Assembly: GCA_965637545.1 (NCBI GenBank) | Contig: OZ281497.1 | Coordinates: 15,252,001 to 15,316,000 of the forward strand | DNA: 64,000 bases | DNA from: Phallusia mammillata | Lineage: Eukaryota | Direction: 5' to 3' | Made by a program: the position numbers and the translations under genes | Shown here: one piece after another, positions 35,601 through 48,400 of the stretch | Layout: the number at the start of each line of letters is the position of its first letter | How positions within the stretch are numbered: position 1 is the first letter of the stretch | The notes under the pieces: generated by a model | Databases searched by the model: none | The model's input: the letters and a program-made list of their open reading frames with translations, nothing else | Told to the model about the DNA's origin: nothing

Positions 35601-36408
35601 CAGTTACAAATAGCTCATTTGATACAAAGGAACCAAAGAGGTTTATTGTGAGTAGGTGACACGTGAAAAAAGCTTTGCTGTTTGACCCGCGGGGCGCATA
35701 TAGAAGGCATTGGAACGTTAGATCATGAATGGTCGCACTTCTACGCCTTTTGTGTGGTTTGTTTTGTGTTTGGCGAAAACGCACTCACGTAGGTTATTGG
35801 TGTGATAAAATAAGACAGGCAACAAAAACAGAACAACTGAAACCAGTTAAGTTTCCATAGCATTGTGTGAAAGTGTCATAAAAATATTTGATCGGAGAGC
35901 TTTAGTTTTACCGTACAGTACACGTTGAGGCTATTAGTAAGAAGTTCACATAATGCCTTGACTTTCAAAAAGGATACGAACCGTCGCACTAGGAGACGAA
36001 GGCTTGTAGTCGACAGACTGTCTTCGTCGGTCGTGCGGAACCGACGGCGATATGAGCCCAAACGTCCTGTTCTGTATTTTCGTTTTACCAAGGCTTACTA
36101 AGCGGGTCGACATTCTACTGTTCTTGTAGCGCCTTATACACGCATGATTGGCCCAACTGCGAAGTGTCAGGTTACATTCCTCATACGCATAAAACTCTCG
36201 GCTCCAATGCGGCAAGTTTCCTTCCTTGACAGCCTAATTATGCCCGTTTGTTTCTCAGGGTTTCATGCGTGCCAGAGTTTAAACTATGTTGTTTGTTTTT
36301 CTAGGTTATGCAGGCGGTAATTACTGTTATTAATGACTTAAAAATTAAATATTGGAGTGTAACCTTTTCTGAGCGGATTTATACTGGGATTTTCAAAACA
36401 TCACATAG

Positions 36409-39400
36409 ATGGAAGTAATGACAAGAACTGAAGATTGGAATCCAGGTAAATATGTGTAAATGGTTTGCCACTAGAAATCGGGGCAATACACATTAAATTA
36501 GGCCGCAAAACCCGTGATGTTTAATCTGTAAACTGCTTTGCGCTTATGACGTTTTGGACAGGCCTAATCTTCGACATCACAATAGTTTTCAAGTCAAAGA
36601 TCCCATAGAGAAGCACTCAAGCATGAACTGAGAGCAGCGGTGTCTTGCTTTGAATGGCAATAACCTCTTCACTCAAGCCGCAAGTAATGTAGGCCTCAGC
36701 AAGTCAAACCCAGCACTTGCACTTAGCTCTTCACTTGACGGGATGAACTAGTTCAGCGCAACGGCTGCTCTTATTGTGTCACGTGTTTGATAAGTGTTCA
36801 ACACAGCAGCCTAGCATAAACCGAAGTTGAAAGTTGATTTTTACTGAAGAAAAGTTGATGGTTTTGACTTTATTACTCAGCCAACGAACAGTGTAGAATA
36901 ATAATATTTAACATTGAAACCAACAATTTGCATAAAACTGTTTACGTTTGAGTTTTATGTTAATCATTGACAAAGATTAACTTTCACAATTTTTAACCTT
37001 GTTGGCATTCCTTCCAACCTTGTACTCATCAGGCAAGTGTTGTTGCGTGTGAAAATATTTGAATCGCCTGAAAAACGAGATACGTCCCATTCAGCTGCTA
37101 ATGAACTAATCGATTACAACAAAAGGATTACTGCTCTGGTGAGGACAATAAACACTTCGTATTGGATCTGTCACAGCGCACAAGCGCGAGTCGAACGAAC
37201 AAATTGTTTGTGGTCAGTGAAGCGCGAACGGAATTGTTGTCAACAGACAAAATCGCGTACAACCCGGGTCTAAGCGCCTAGAGTAATATGTCATTCTCTA
37301 CTTACTATCAGTGTACAAGTAAAACTAAATCAGTCACGATGTCAGCGGTTATAGCAGTGTGTTTTGATCGTAGCGTAGTGGGGACCGAGATAAAACGGTA
37401 TTTCAACTCCAGCTTACTTTCTAAAATTTACGGTAATGTTAGGTAGAGGAAGCTGAGAGTATATTTTACGGACAGGAAGATATCCATTAGGTACGCGGCA
37501 AACTTTTTCTCTTCTGTATTGTCCTTTGAGCGCAGGGAAGATGTAAAATTGGCGGTTTGGTGATAAAGTGCAGTGGGAACAGCACTGCTGGATAGGCTCG
37601 AATGAATTTGCCCTCGGGGCTTTACCTGACGCCGAAATCAAAAACCGTTTTGGCGCAGTATTTGTTAAATGTCCAGCAGTTTAATTGTGCCCAGTTGTAC
37701 AGTACAGCTAGTTTCAGTTGGGCTGAACAACGTTGTGGGAGTTTTGTACAGGTCAGGTAAAGAACAGGTGATTCAGTAGCGCTTGTTTAAAAACCGAAGC
37801 GTGCACCATGACTTGCCGGCTAGGAATTCGCGCATTATTGCTTTTGTGCTGTGAGCTTACCTTCTAAACTTATACTGTAGGTATTGAGTATGTAAAAATG
37901 GTTTACCCCTGAATAATCAGATTACAGCAGCAGAGTTACAGGTTCAAAACATGAAGCAACGTTTACTTACAGCCCTGTACGTCAACATTTAGATCGCTAT
38001 GTGCGACGTTCCATAACAAACTTTGCCGTAGCGTGTTAAGAATAAGGAACAGTTCCGCCCGCACAGAGAAGAGTGAAACGTTCATCTGGCGTATGCGCTG
38101 TGCCCACACATTTGTTGACATAGCGACTGCTCAAGGGCCCACTCCGCTTCTTGTATGATGCCAGTCAACGTTTGGGCCTAGAATAAAAGTGTGTTTGACT
38201 TCGTGAACTTAGGTCTGTCAAGATGATAAAAACTTCTACAGACTACAACCTTGCATAGCATAGTGCAAAACACAAGCATCAAGTAAAGTTTAATATGAAA
38301 TACCTAAAATGGAAGGCAACACGAATTGTGTGTAGATAGTGGCCTAAAGGCAATACGGTACGGTTCACTCAGCACTTAAATTAGGACTGCAGTCAGCATG
38401 GTTTTTAAATTTTCTGAGCTGAACTGCTTGTGCTGTGATTTTGTTTTACGTTGTTTGATTATGTTGTAGGCAGTTTTCGTAGGATAGGACTAACAATGCT
38501 GTATTGCTATTAAATTTGATTTGCCTTAAACATTAAAAATGCCCCGCAGCTGGAACATAAAGAAATTACTTCGTTTAGATTCAAAGACCCAAAATGGTTT
38601 GTATGTGTCAAGACTTAGAATTTGGTTCTGTTTCGCCTTTTGTGCTTTCTAAATGTAAAGTCATGCGACATGACCAATAGCCGCTTCTTATGTTACATGG
38701 CATCCGAGAAACGCTTCATAAAAAAAAGGTTGTTTGATGGTTATGTTTAAAAAACTAGTGCATGTTTTCGTGTAACTTTTCGGGGAAGAAAATACCTAAC
38801 ATTTATAGCTTTTGTCAATGAAGTGTAGTATATGTCGCTTCCCTCAAAGCAACCCTTGTCCGAAAATACTTTTTACTTGTTTCAAGCCTTCTGTTGATAA
38901 TAAGTGCTCTGCTCTACGTCAGTGACCGCCTTGACAAGATGCGAACACGGCGTATACTCACATTCCGCACATTGCATGTCGCGTTGCGATTGGCCTGGTT
39001 CACCACTGTTCCGCCCCACACTTCCAAAACAGGCATCTTCGTGTAATGTTAAGCTGTAAATTGTTCCATATGTATAACTTTACCCAATCCTCGGCTACCA
39101 CAACCACTCAACCTAACAGTTCGAAGTCAAAGTTAACAACAAATCACTTTAACTTCATCTCTGGGGGATTGAACTCTAAATACCTTTTTCTCAGCCTACA
39201 TGTAAAGATCGATGACTAAGGCACCCGTTGGTTACTTGGTTTCAGCCTCACACGCTACGAGTATCTCAACAGATCAATATCGCATGCAAGATGCTTATAA
39301 CCTAGCCGGCCGCAGCAGTAAAATCAGTTTTGATCAGCAAACAAAAAAATAGCCGTGGTTAGAATAAAATCATAATTTGTTAGAACAAACCAAGTGAAAT

Positions 39401-42400
39401 CTCACAGTCGTAGCGTAAAGCAGTGGTTTTCTCACTTGTTTCGAGCATAAACGAATCTATTGTGTTTTGCAGTAAATCTACCGGAAAAGCATGACGGGAC
39501 AAAAGCCAGCAAGTCCACCAGCGATGGCAAAGTAAAACGAAAAGCGCCAGCTATACCAGTTGTGGAAGACAAAAACGCAACTGCTGGAGTATCATCAATA
39601 AACGACAATCAGTCACAACGGAAGCCAAACGGATTAAACCAAAGTTCGCGAAGTTCAACAACTTGGTCCACCACCAGTTCGTCAGAGTACAGTCCAAGTA
39701 GCAACAGCTTTAGTTCATCGTCGTTGTCAGATGGTACGCCCACCACGAGGAAACCAGAACTAACTATACAGCGGGTAGGAACCAAGTCAAAGGGCGATGT
39801 TAATATTGAAAACGAGCAGTTGGAAAAACCTCAGAATTACAACCCTGCTGTAGTTGAAAAGGGCAATGAACAAACTGGTGCAAAACCGTCAGTGACTGAT
39901 TCAAACGTAGCTGGTGTGAACCAAGATCTTGTCGGTCCAAAAGTTGATCAGGAAGGTGTAAATTGTTCCAGTCTTAGTGATTACGTGGAAAACGCAATTT
40001 CGAATTCCAACATTCTTTCGTCCAGTCCTTCAAGATCGGATGAGGGAACAGAACAGCCTCCGCCACCCAGGTTGTTGTCGTTCGAATCCTCCTCAAACCT
40101 ACACCAAGACGGTTCATTGAAACTAGCACCAGACAACGCATCCGCTGTCAAGCTTGATTACGTCAGTCTCGATTTTGTACGATCGGCAGCGGCTGTGGAA
40201 CGAAGGGGCAAAAAGGACAAAGATGATGACGAAAGTACGGCTAGAAGCAACAGCAGTTTGAGTAGTAGTATCATCTCGTCCATTGACAGCGAAGACGGCA
40301 GTACTATAGGAAGCGACGTCGTCGAAAATTTGTACAATAAAATTACCGCTGCCGCTGTAAGACACTCCAGCAAAAGCTCATTGCAGCATTTGGGCCCCGA
40401 ACAACAAACCGGCGACATTGAAAAGGATTTATACCCGCTTATATTTCCTGGTCGCCGAAGAAATTCTGCAGACAACGTGGGGGGCGGTACAGGAAATTTC
40501 GATTTTATTCGCCCACCGAGTCAATCAGTTACGAGCCCTGCCGAAAAAGTCGAAAGTTTCCTTCGACAGAATTTGAACAACAATAACAACAACAGCCAGC
40601 GAGTGACCGATAAGTCGACACCACTGGCTGAGAGCGTTGGAGACCACGCATTGGAAAATAAATCGGATTTAAAAACACAGGAATACTCGATATGCTCGAA
40701 CTGTTCCAAAGTTCTTTATGACTCTGAATCTGAAATGAACGACGCAATTCATAAAGCGCGTGACATATTGGGTAAGTAGATTTTGATTTTTTTTCTAAAA
40801 CAGACTTGCGCCCTTTTTAGTGGTGATCGGCCTATTTTTGAAGGATTAATGACACACTTCTTAACGCGCAGGACGGTGCATGTGTAACTCCGACGAGGTC
40901 TATGACCCAATCATTGAAATTGATTACTGCAATAGCAATCTAAAGGAGGTGCCCTCAGATATATGGGATCATGCACACACACTTATTAAGCTTTTGATGG
41001 AATCCAACACTATCACAGAGCTTCCTAAGGTACATGTTGAGGTGTATAAGAAACTACAAAACTGTATTCTTTGCCTCACTATTGAGTATGACATAAATCG
41101 TACTTGGTGCTAACTGTAGTAAACCGTCTGTACCAAACTAGGTGTTGATTGACTGATGAATTTATGTGTGAGTTCTATTTAAGTTCATTCTTACCGCAAA
41201 CCCACAAAATAGTTCGCCAGATTTGAATGTTTGTTTTGTGCAGGAACTGTTTACGTGCCAGAATCTTCAGTACCTTTCGGTAAGCGACAATGATATCGGA
41301 GTGCTCCCTCCCTGTCTCGCCAGTCTGGTGAATTTACAACACCTAGACGTTAGCAAAAACGGTAGGTCTATTAACTTCTTTGCTACCACCCGTTAATAGC
41401 ATCACGCGCTCTCAAAGCTGTCACGTGAGCTTTTAAAACCACGGTCGCGTTACTTCTTACTTTTCTGTAAAATAAGTGGCCACGACAGGATCGTGTTGCA
41501 ATACGAATGTTTGTACTAGCCTACTTATATGCTGTCTTGGCTATAGAAGTGAAAATGTGCTCTGTGTCACAAGATGTCAGAACTGTTTAAGAAATATTGT
41601 CAACAGTCGGCCACATTACATCGATCACATAAATTAGTAATGAGGGGTGTAACCTTTTCATGTTTTCTAATTTGACCTACCTGATTCTTTGCACAGCCAT
41701 TCTCAGTTGCTCTAAACCTCTAGGTGCCAAATTCATTAGATTCATTTTTTTGTGCTGTTGTTACCCTAAAACTGAACAAATTAACAGTTTTAAAATTAAA
41801 CTTGATAGATGTGTGTGCTATGTATTTAAAAGTAAAATCCGAAACGCAAAAACAGCGAATAAGTGTTGTACTATAAAACGTACAGATACAATTTTTGTTT
41901 CTATGACAAACTGCACATAGGATGTTTTTACCACAAATATACATTATCACACACTGGGCCTATTTCGGAGTTAATAATGTTGTTTTTATTGCAGTTATTG
42001 AAGATGTCCCGGAATGTATTCGGTGCTGCAAAAACCTCCAGGTGCTTGATGCCAGCGTAAACCCAGTTGAAAGGTTAGCTTTTAAAACGATTGGTAAACA
42101 GTGTAATGTTTGCTTTGTTCACTTCACTGGAACGGTAACGTGCTAATGCGCACTACACCAAATGTTATCTGTGTACCTAGTTGTGGTAAAAAATACCAAA
42201 GTGCTAAACGTCGAAGCAACCCTGCTTTACAGTTGCAATGTTTCGCATTGTGGATCTTTTTGTTTTGAATTTTGAGTTGAAAAGAAGATTTGTACGGTCG
42301 TTTAAATGAAAATTTTTGTTGAATTTTGCATGCCACTTTGTAAGTTACACAATCCGCAAGGTCAAGCATAACTGCAATCAAGTTATAGTAACTCGTACAA

Positions 42401-45400
42401 CCTTTATGGTCATGTACAAACCTTAAATCTAATATAGCAATACACAAAAATGTTCTGTACTTTTTGGTGCATAATTTATTGACATCGTTTACCATCCGCC
42501 ATACTAAATTCCACACCTTGGTATCACCTTGGAAATGAAATGCCCACATTTATCCATTGCATTTAAACTATCCAGGCTCTCCGAGGGTTTCACGCAACTG
42601 ATAAGCTTGAGGGAGTTGTACATGAACGATTGCTTCTTCGACTTTTTGCCCGCTAACTTTGGGAGAATGTCCCAGTTGGTCGTGCTTGAATTGCGAGACA
42701 ACCAGCTCCAGATATTGCCCAAGTCAATGCGACGACTGACTCAACTGTCTAGACTGGACCTAGGCGGGAACGTCTTTCAAGAATGGGTAAGCGCTAAAAG
42801 CCGGACGATTTTATCGTAAGCCGAGTACTGTACACACATGAACACCTAGCTGGTTTTGCGTAAATATTCTTTTCCAGCGGTAAATTACCTAAATGTAGTG
42901 GTGTTTGGTCAAGTAGTGTATCAACTTAGTTTGATATACAAACAGCAATGACTTAAAAAAAAAACTTTAGGGCAAAAATGCATTTGTTGCTATATTTTGT
43001 CAGACGTGAATTGAAATTAGGCCCCAATTTAAATTAAAAAGTTGTTTTGCAGCAATCCGGGTTAAATCTTTAAAGACTGACATGCTTCACTCTGTCTTGT
43101 TTTTGGTTGCTGATTTGAAAATGAAACTTATCCCATCCTAAATATAGGTTTAAAAGTCAATTTTTAAAAATGCTATAAAAGTAGAAACCGAACTTCAGAT
43201 TTTATCACCAGTATACATTTACACAGCCCGACGTGATTGGAGAGCTGCGCAACCTGAGCGAGCTGTGGTTGGATTGCAATGAACTGAGCAAGGTTCCCCC
43301 GGCGATTGGAAGTCTCACAAAACTTACTTACCTCGATCTCAGCCGAAATTACTTAGAAACTTTTCCAAGTCAAATTGGTTCCCTTGATAAGCTGAAGGAT
43401 TTGCTTCTCAGCGAGAATAGCCTGGCCTCTATTCCCGATACAATAGGTATGTTATAAGTGATGCTTTACAATAAAACAATCTTTGTAATAAAACTGCCTT
43501 CTTGAAAGAGTATTAATATATGCAGTGCTAGTGTAAACGGCGAATACAGTGCATTTTTGCTGGAAAAAATCATTTGCTTCCCAGTTGATTTTAAAAACTG
43601 GTTTGGTCGAATTGTTTAACCAGTGTTATTGTAAATCGGATCGTTTAAACCAGGGGTCTCAAACTCAAACTGCTTTGGGGGCCAAAAACAAACTTTTAAG
43701 TAAGTCGGGGGCCGCACTTTCGACACATTTGTTACGGTGCAACATGGCAACAAAGATAATTGCATGAATAAAAACCGAAATGCCCATTAATGTCACTAAC
43801 TATATTAAAAAACAATATTGTAATAAATAACAAACAGATATACAGTGTAGCAAAGTGAAAGAGTCGACTGTGCTATATTGCTTTGTGTGGAAACAATGGC
43901 CTACAATGACGCAACAATCGCAATTGCTGATTTTTAAAATGATTTCGCCCAATCAAACGTTGCACATACTACCAATAGAGAATGATTGTACCATGTAAAT
44001 TCACCGGTCTAACAGGATATTCCGCATAAGTAAAACACAAAACTTCTAAAAAATACTTCGCGGGCCGTACAAAAACACTTTGAGGGCCGCATGCGGCCCG
44101 CAGGCCGCGTATTTAAGACCCCTGGTTTAAAGCGTTACCAGCTTTTCGCCCTGGTTTGTCGGCGAGCTGTATTAATTTTACGATCCCTCCCCCGACGGGA
44201 TTTTTGACATATTTCGGCTTTTGTTGTGGATCATGCTGTGGAGACTAAAGCATATCTCGATTTTCGGCACCCGGCGAAGTCTTTGTGGTGTGTGTGTCAT
44301 GCCATATGAACTAGTCGCGCGTATTTTTTTTATACAACCCAACGTAACGTTAAGCCATTAGACCGATATATCTAAATCATACACATTAATTTGCTTGTAT
44401 AAAACACATTGACACAATCCATATGATTTACTACTATGCGAATCAATGTACTTTGAACTTTACACCAAATGATGTTTCCGTACTTCCCATAATAGAAGGG
44501 CATCTTGGGTCCAGAATTGCATTGCTTTTTGTCGTGGTACATTCCTGAATGTTTGTTTAATAATTGAGACAGACTAACTGTCAAACAACTGGCGTTGGTG
44601 CAAGGTTATTTGTGCCGTTTAAGAGGAGTACCATGTCCCTATGTGTTTGTTACTGGCCTTTTTGTATAATACATTACTTTGACCCCTGTTTCAGGCTTTT
44701 TGAAAGATCTGGTCATTTGTAACTTGGAGTCAAATCAGCTGACTTCAGTGCCAGAAACGTTCGGTAAACTTGCATCACTCGAGGAGTTGGATCTTTCACA
44801 CAACAAAATCGAACAGTTACCGTCATCGGTTGGCAAACTCAAGTAAGTTCCTTGGTTGTTGAAAGTTGAGTTTGTTGCGTAGAAACATTGTTATTCATTA
44901 TGGGTCCCCTTCCCTGAAGGGGACACATATTGATTTTACTCAAATTGTTTTTTGTTTTTTTCTTTTTTTTTCTTCTTTTTTTCTTTTTTTTTTCTCCCCA
45001 AAGTTTGTCCGACTCGTTTTTCCCTCAAATGTTTGATGGATTTGGCTGAAATTTACACAGATGGTAGATATAGTTATGCAGATGTGCATCCCACTTTGTT
45101 TTTGTTGATAGCCCCAGTATTTACCCCGTTAGCCCCCTAAAATGGGTATTTTTTACCCAAAGTTTGTCCGACTCATTTTTCCATCAAATGTTTGATGGAT
45201 TTGGCTGAAATTTACACAGATGGTAGATATAGTTATGTAGATGTGCATCCCACTTTGTTTGTCCTGATAACCCCAGTATTTACCCCGCTAGCCCCCTAAA
45301 ATGGGTGAGTGTTTAAACAGTGTCAGAATTGGCTGAAATTTGGATAGCTTGTGTAGTATGCCATTTATAGGTGTCGATTGTTGTGTTCAACCCTGTAGTC

Positions 45401-48400
45401 CTAACATTTACCCCACAAGCCCCCAAAGTGTAACATGCATTTGTATTTTTTGCATTTGTTACTGGACACCACAAACGAAAGATTTCGGTGGCGCAATAAT
45501 AGTATTACAAGGGCAACCAGTTGTATGTTACTCATTGGGGCATTGTGGCTTGGAACTTGGCCGAATGAGACATAAAAAACCCTGATCGGGATTCGTCCCC
45601 GGGACAGTCCTGGGTTCGAACCCCGTGAAAAAAAAAAAAAAAAAAAATTGCTTGACGTTTTTGCGCCATGGCAGTTAGGGGCTTGTTAACAGTCCTATGA
45701 CTTCAGAAACATTAACGGTTGTTGCTCAAAACACCTCTAGTGGTCGAAATTTTAAACATTGGTGGATTGGGCTGAAATTTTGCAGTAGTATTGATTGAGT
45801 CATTGTGGTTTTATATTTTTTTAGGTTTGTGTGTCGAACCCAATTAGTTACCCTACTAACCCCTTAAAATTGGTCAGTTTTTTAAAACGTTAAATAGGAC
45901 GTACTTCGAACAATATTTGGGGTGAATCTAATTTTGTAGTTTGTACTCTACATAGTATTATTATTTAAGCCCAGTGCCGATCACTGTGTTTTACCTAACA
46001 ACACCCGACTTTCTCATGGTTATCTCTTGAATTGCATTATTTTGAACTTTGCATGTGTGGGGACCCATGAGTTTCTGCCTGCAGAAACAACTAAGGTTAT
46101 AAAAGACGATGGCTAATATGGGACTCAATACAAAATATGCATAGGAAATATATTAATGTTTTAAAATAGATTATAGTGTAAATGCAACAACAAAATGTGC
46201 TAAGCCACCCTTTTAGTTATGTTGTTAATTTAATATTGAACATAGGGGAGATAGCTTTGGTTTTCACCGCGCGCCTTAGTGCTGATACTTGAAATTTACT
46301 CTGCTGCCTGGTAAACAGTACTTTATTTCAAATAGCAGTTTATGAGGAAATATCGTTCGCTTTTTGTGGGAGTGCTAAAAGGCGCATAAAACTACAAATA
46401 ACCATACAGCATAAAACCACAAATGACCATTTCACATTTGCTGGGAAAGGAACCACATCGTATAGAGATAGTTGGACGTTTTATGACATGTTAAATAACC
46501 CAGGCGTATAGTTTACAGTTGGATGAGGTCACTCTATGACGTTGCCATTCTGGAATGTTTATCTTTGCTCCGTGTTGCGAGCGAGATTTGCATGGGCCTA
46601 AGGCAGTGCGAAGTATCAATGCTAACCAAACACTTCAACAATGCATTTCTCCAAACTTACGTTACTAATTAGCACCTGATGTCACGTGAACTCATGTATG
46701 TTGTCGCAGGTCATTGCAAACACTCCTTTTGGATGACAATCAACTTACTGAGCTGCCAGTGGAAGTGGGTTCGTGTCTATCATTAAAAATCTTTCAAATC
46801 AGTCGCAACCAGATTGAAGAGCTGCCGGAATCGATTGGAAATTTGACCGATCTCAGAGTTCTCAATCTGACGCAGAACAAGTAGGGGCGCGTGCTACCTT
46901 TCAGGGCTTACACGTTCATCATATTTACAATCAGCTTTTCGACTCTATCGTTATAGTCAGACTGGTTTAGTCGCATGGCGTAAAATCTATTGATTGCAAA
47001 GGTAGTTAGTATCGACCTGTTGGTATTATCGAGATTTTTGTCCTCGTGATAACATGGATACCTTGACCTGTTGGTCGATTTTGCCTGTTTGAATATTAGG
47101 TTTGTTGCCTAGTTTAGTGCTTATGGATGTTAGCAATGTTAACTTAATCCAATTTGATTCCATATAGAATTCTCTTATCTGTATATTTTCTACTATGTAT
47201 GGCACACTGTCATTTAGTTTTTAATTCCCTGGTGCGTTAATAGTCTTCTGTATGGGTCGTTTTGAAATGTGTGGTTTTTGGTCAGGTTGCCTTATCTGCC
47301 CATCAGCATGATTAAGCTTGCTCGGCTTAACGCACTGTGGATTACCCCAAATCAATCCAAGCCCAATGTCCCTCTCCACGCCGAACTGCACCAGGAAAGC
47401 GGAAAACGCATCTTAACGAATATACTTTTCCCACAAAAAGATAAAGGTCAGGAGAATATTTCCGAAACATTTTTTTGCTTCGTGTTGCAATGTTTCCACC
47501 ATGGCCTCATCCCATAGTGGTACATATGGACTAACGCAAATAGTTTCATTGTAATTGGTTGCTTTTCAGAGGTCAACATTTTACGTGGCAAACAATTTGT
47601 CGAAATTTAATGTGCAACGTTACAATTTACTGCTTAATGCTAACATTTCTAAACACACACCACATACGTTCATGTTGCTTCTTAGTCCACATCGATCATA
47701 ACTGTCGCTATTACCTGAAGGTTAAATCGTAACAGATTCTTTCCCAAGTTTTATGCTACCTACAGAATGAAACAATTTTTACTTCATTATTACTTTCAAA
47801 TAACATGCAATATATATGAACAATGTTTTTAACTTCCACAGGTTTTGCTCAAGGTACAAAGCTTCTCAGCATCTTGGACGATGACGATGACAATTACGCT
47901 AATGACGCGGCAGATGACGATGACCCTGTACAGTACGCACAACGACCACGAGGCATAACCCACGTCGTTTTTAACTTGGACGCTACAACTTACAGCACTG
48001 ATGCTTTGCATATGGCAGAGAACTTCGTAAAGAACAATGAAGAGCAGGAGCCAGAGTAAGTGTTTGATGTGCTTGTTTTTGAAGCTGGCTGACCTCATGA
48101 TCAGGCAATACAGTGTTATGTTTTGCCTTGCCTTTCCCGCTACGCAAGACGGCTTCTTGCACCAATGGGAGTCCTTGTGCTTGGCATAGCAACACGCGTT
48201 AACTGTTTCGCTCGACTGGACATGGTATTTATAATGATGCTAAGCAAACTGCCGGGAACCACAAAAGCCGTGAAAGTGTCGAAGGTTGGGTCAGAACCAA
48301 CCAATTTACAGTGACTATTTTGCTTTGTAGGAATTCGTCTGACAAACCCACCAGTCAAACTACAGAAATTCCGGCACCAGTTATTGAAGGTAAACATTTG

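Noticed and set aside
35876-36215. Arg-rich open frames on both strands upstream of the LAP gene
   Set aside because: There is no in-frame ATG on the plus strand (ATGCCTTGA stops at once), no compatible donor and no domain similarity. It is more likely CpG-rich promoter or leader sequence.
34532-37730. Other candidate LAP first exons (34601 ATG with donor ~34733; 37603 ATG with donors ~37752/37757)
   Set aside because: Their donors are phase 0 or 2, which is incompatible with the phase-1 acceptors at 39473 and 40872.
43736-43750. X-box-like GTGCAACATGGCAAC in a LAP intron
   Set aside because: It lies inside the hAT MITE with only one good half-site, and nothing indicates regulatory use.
45590-45630. 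tRNA gene
   Set aside because: Only a B-box-like GGTTCGAACC is present, with no acceptor, D or anticodon stems. Treated as a SINE-like fragment.
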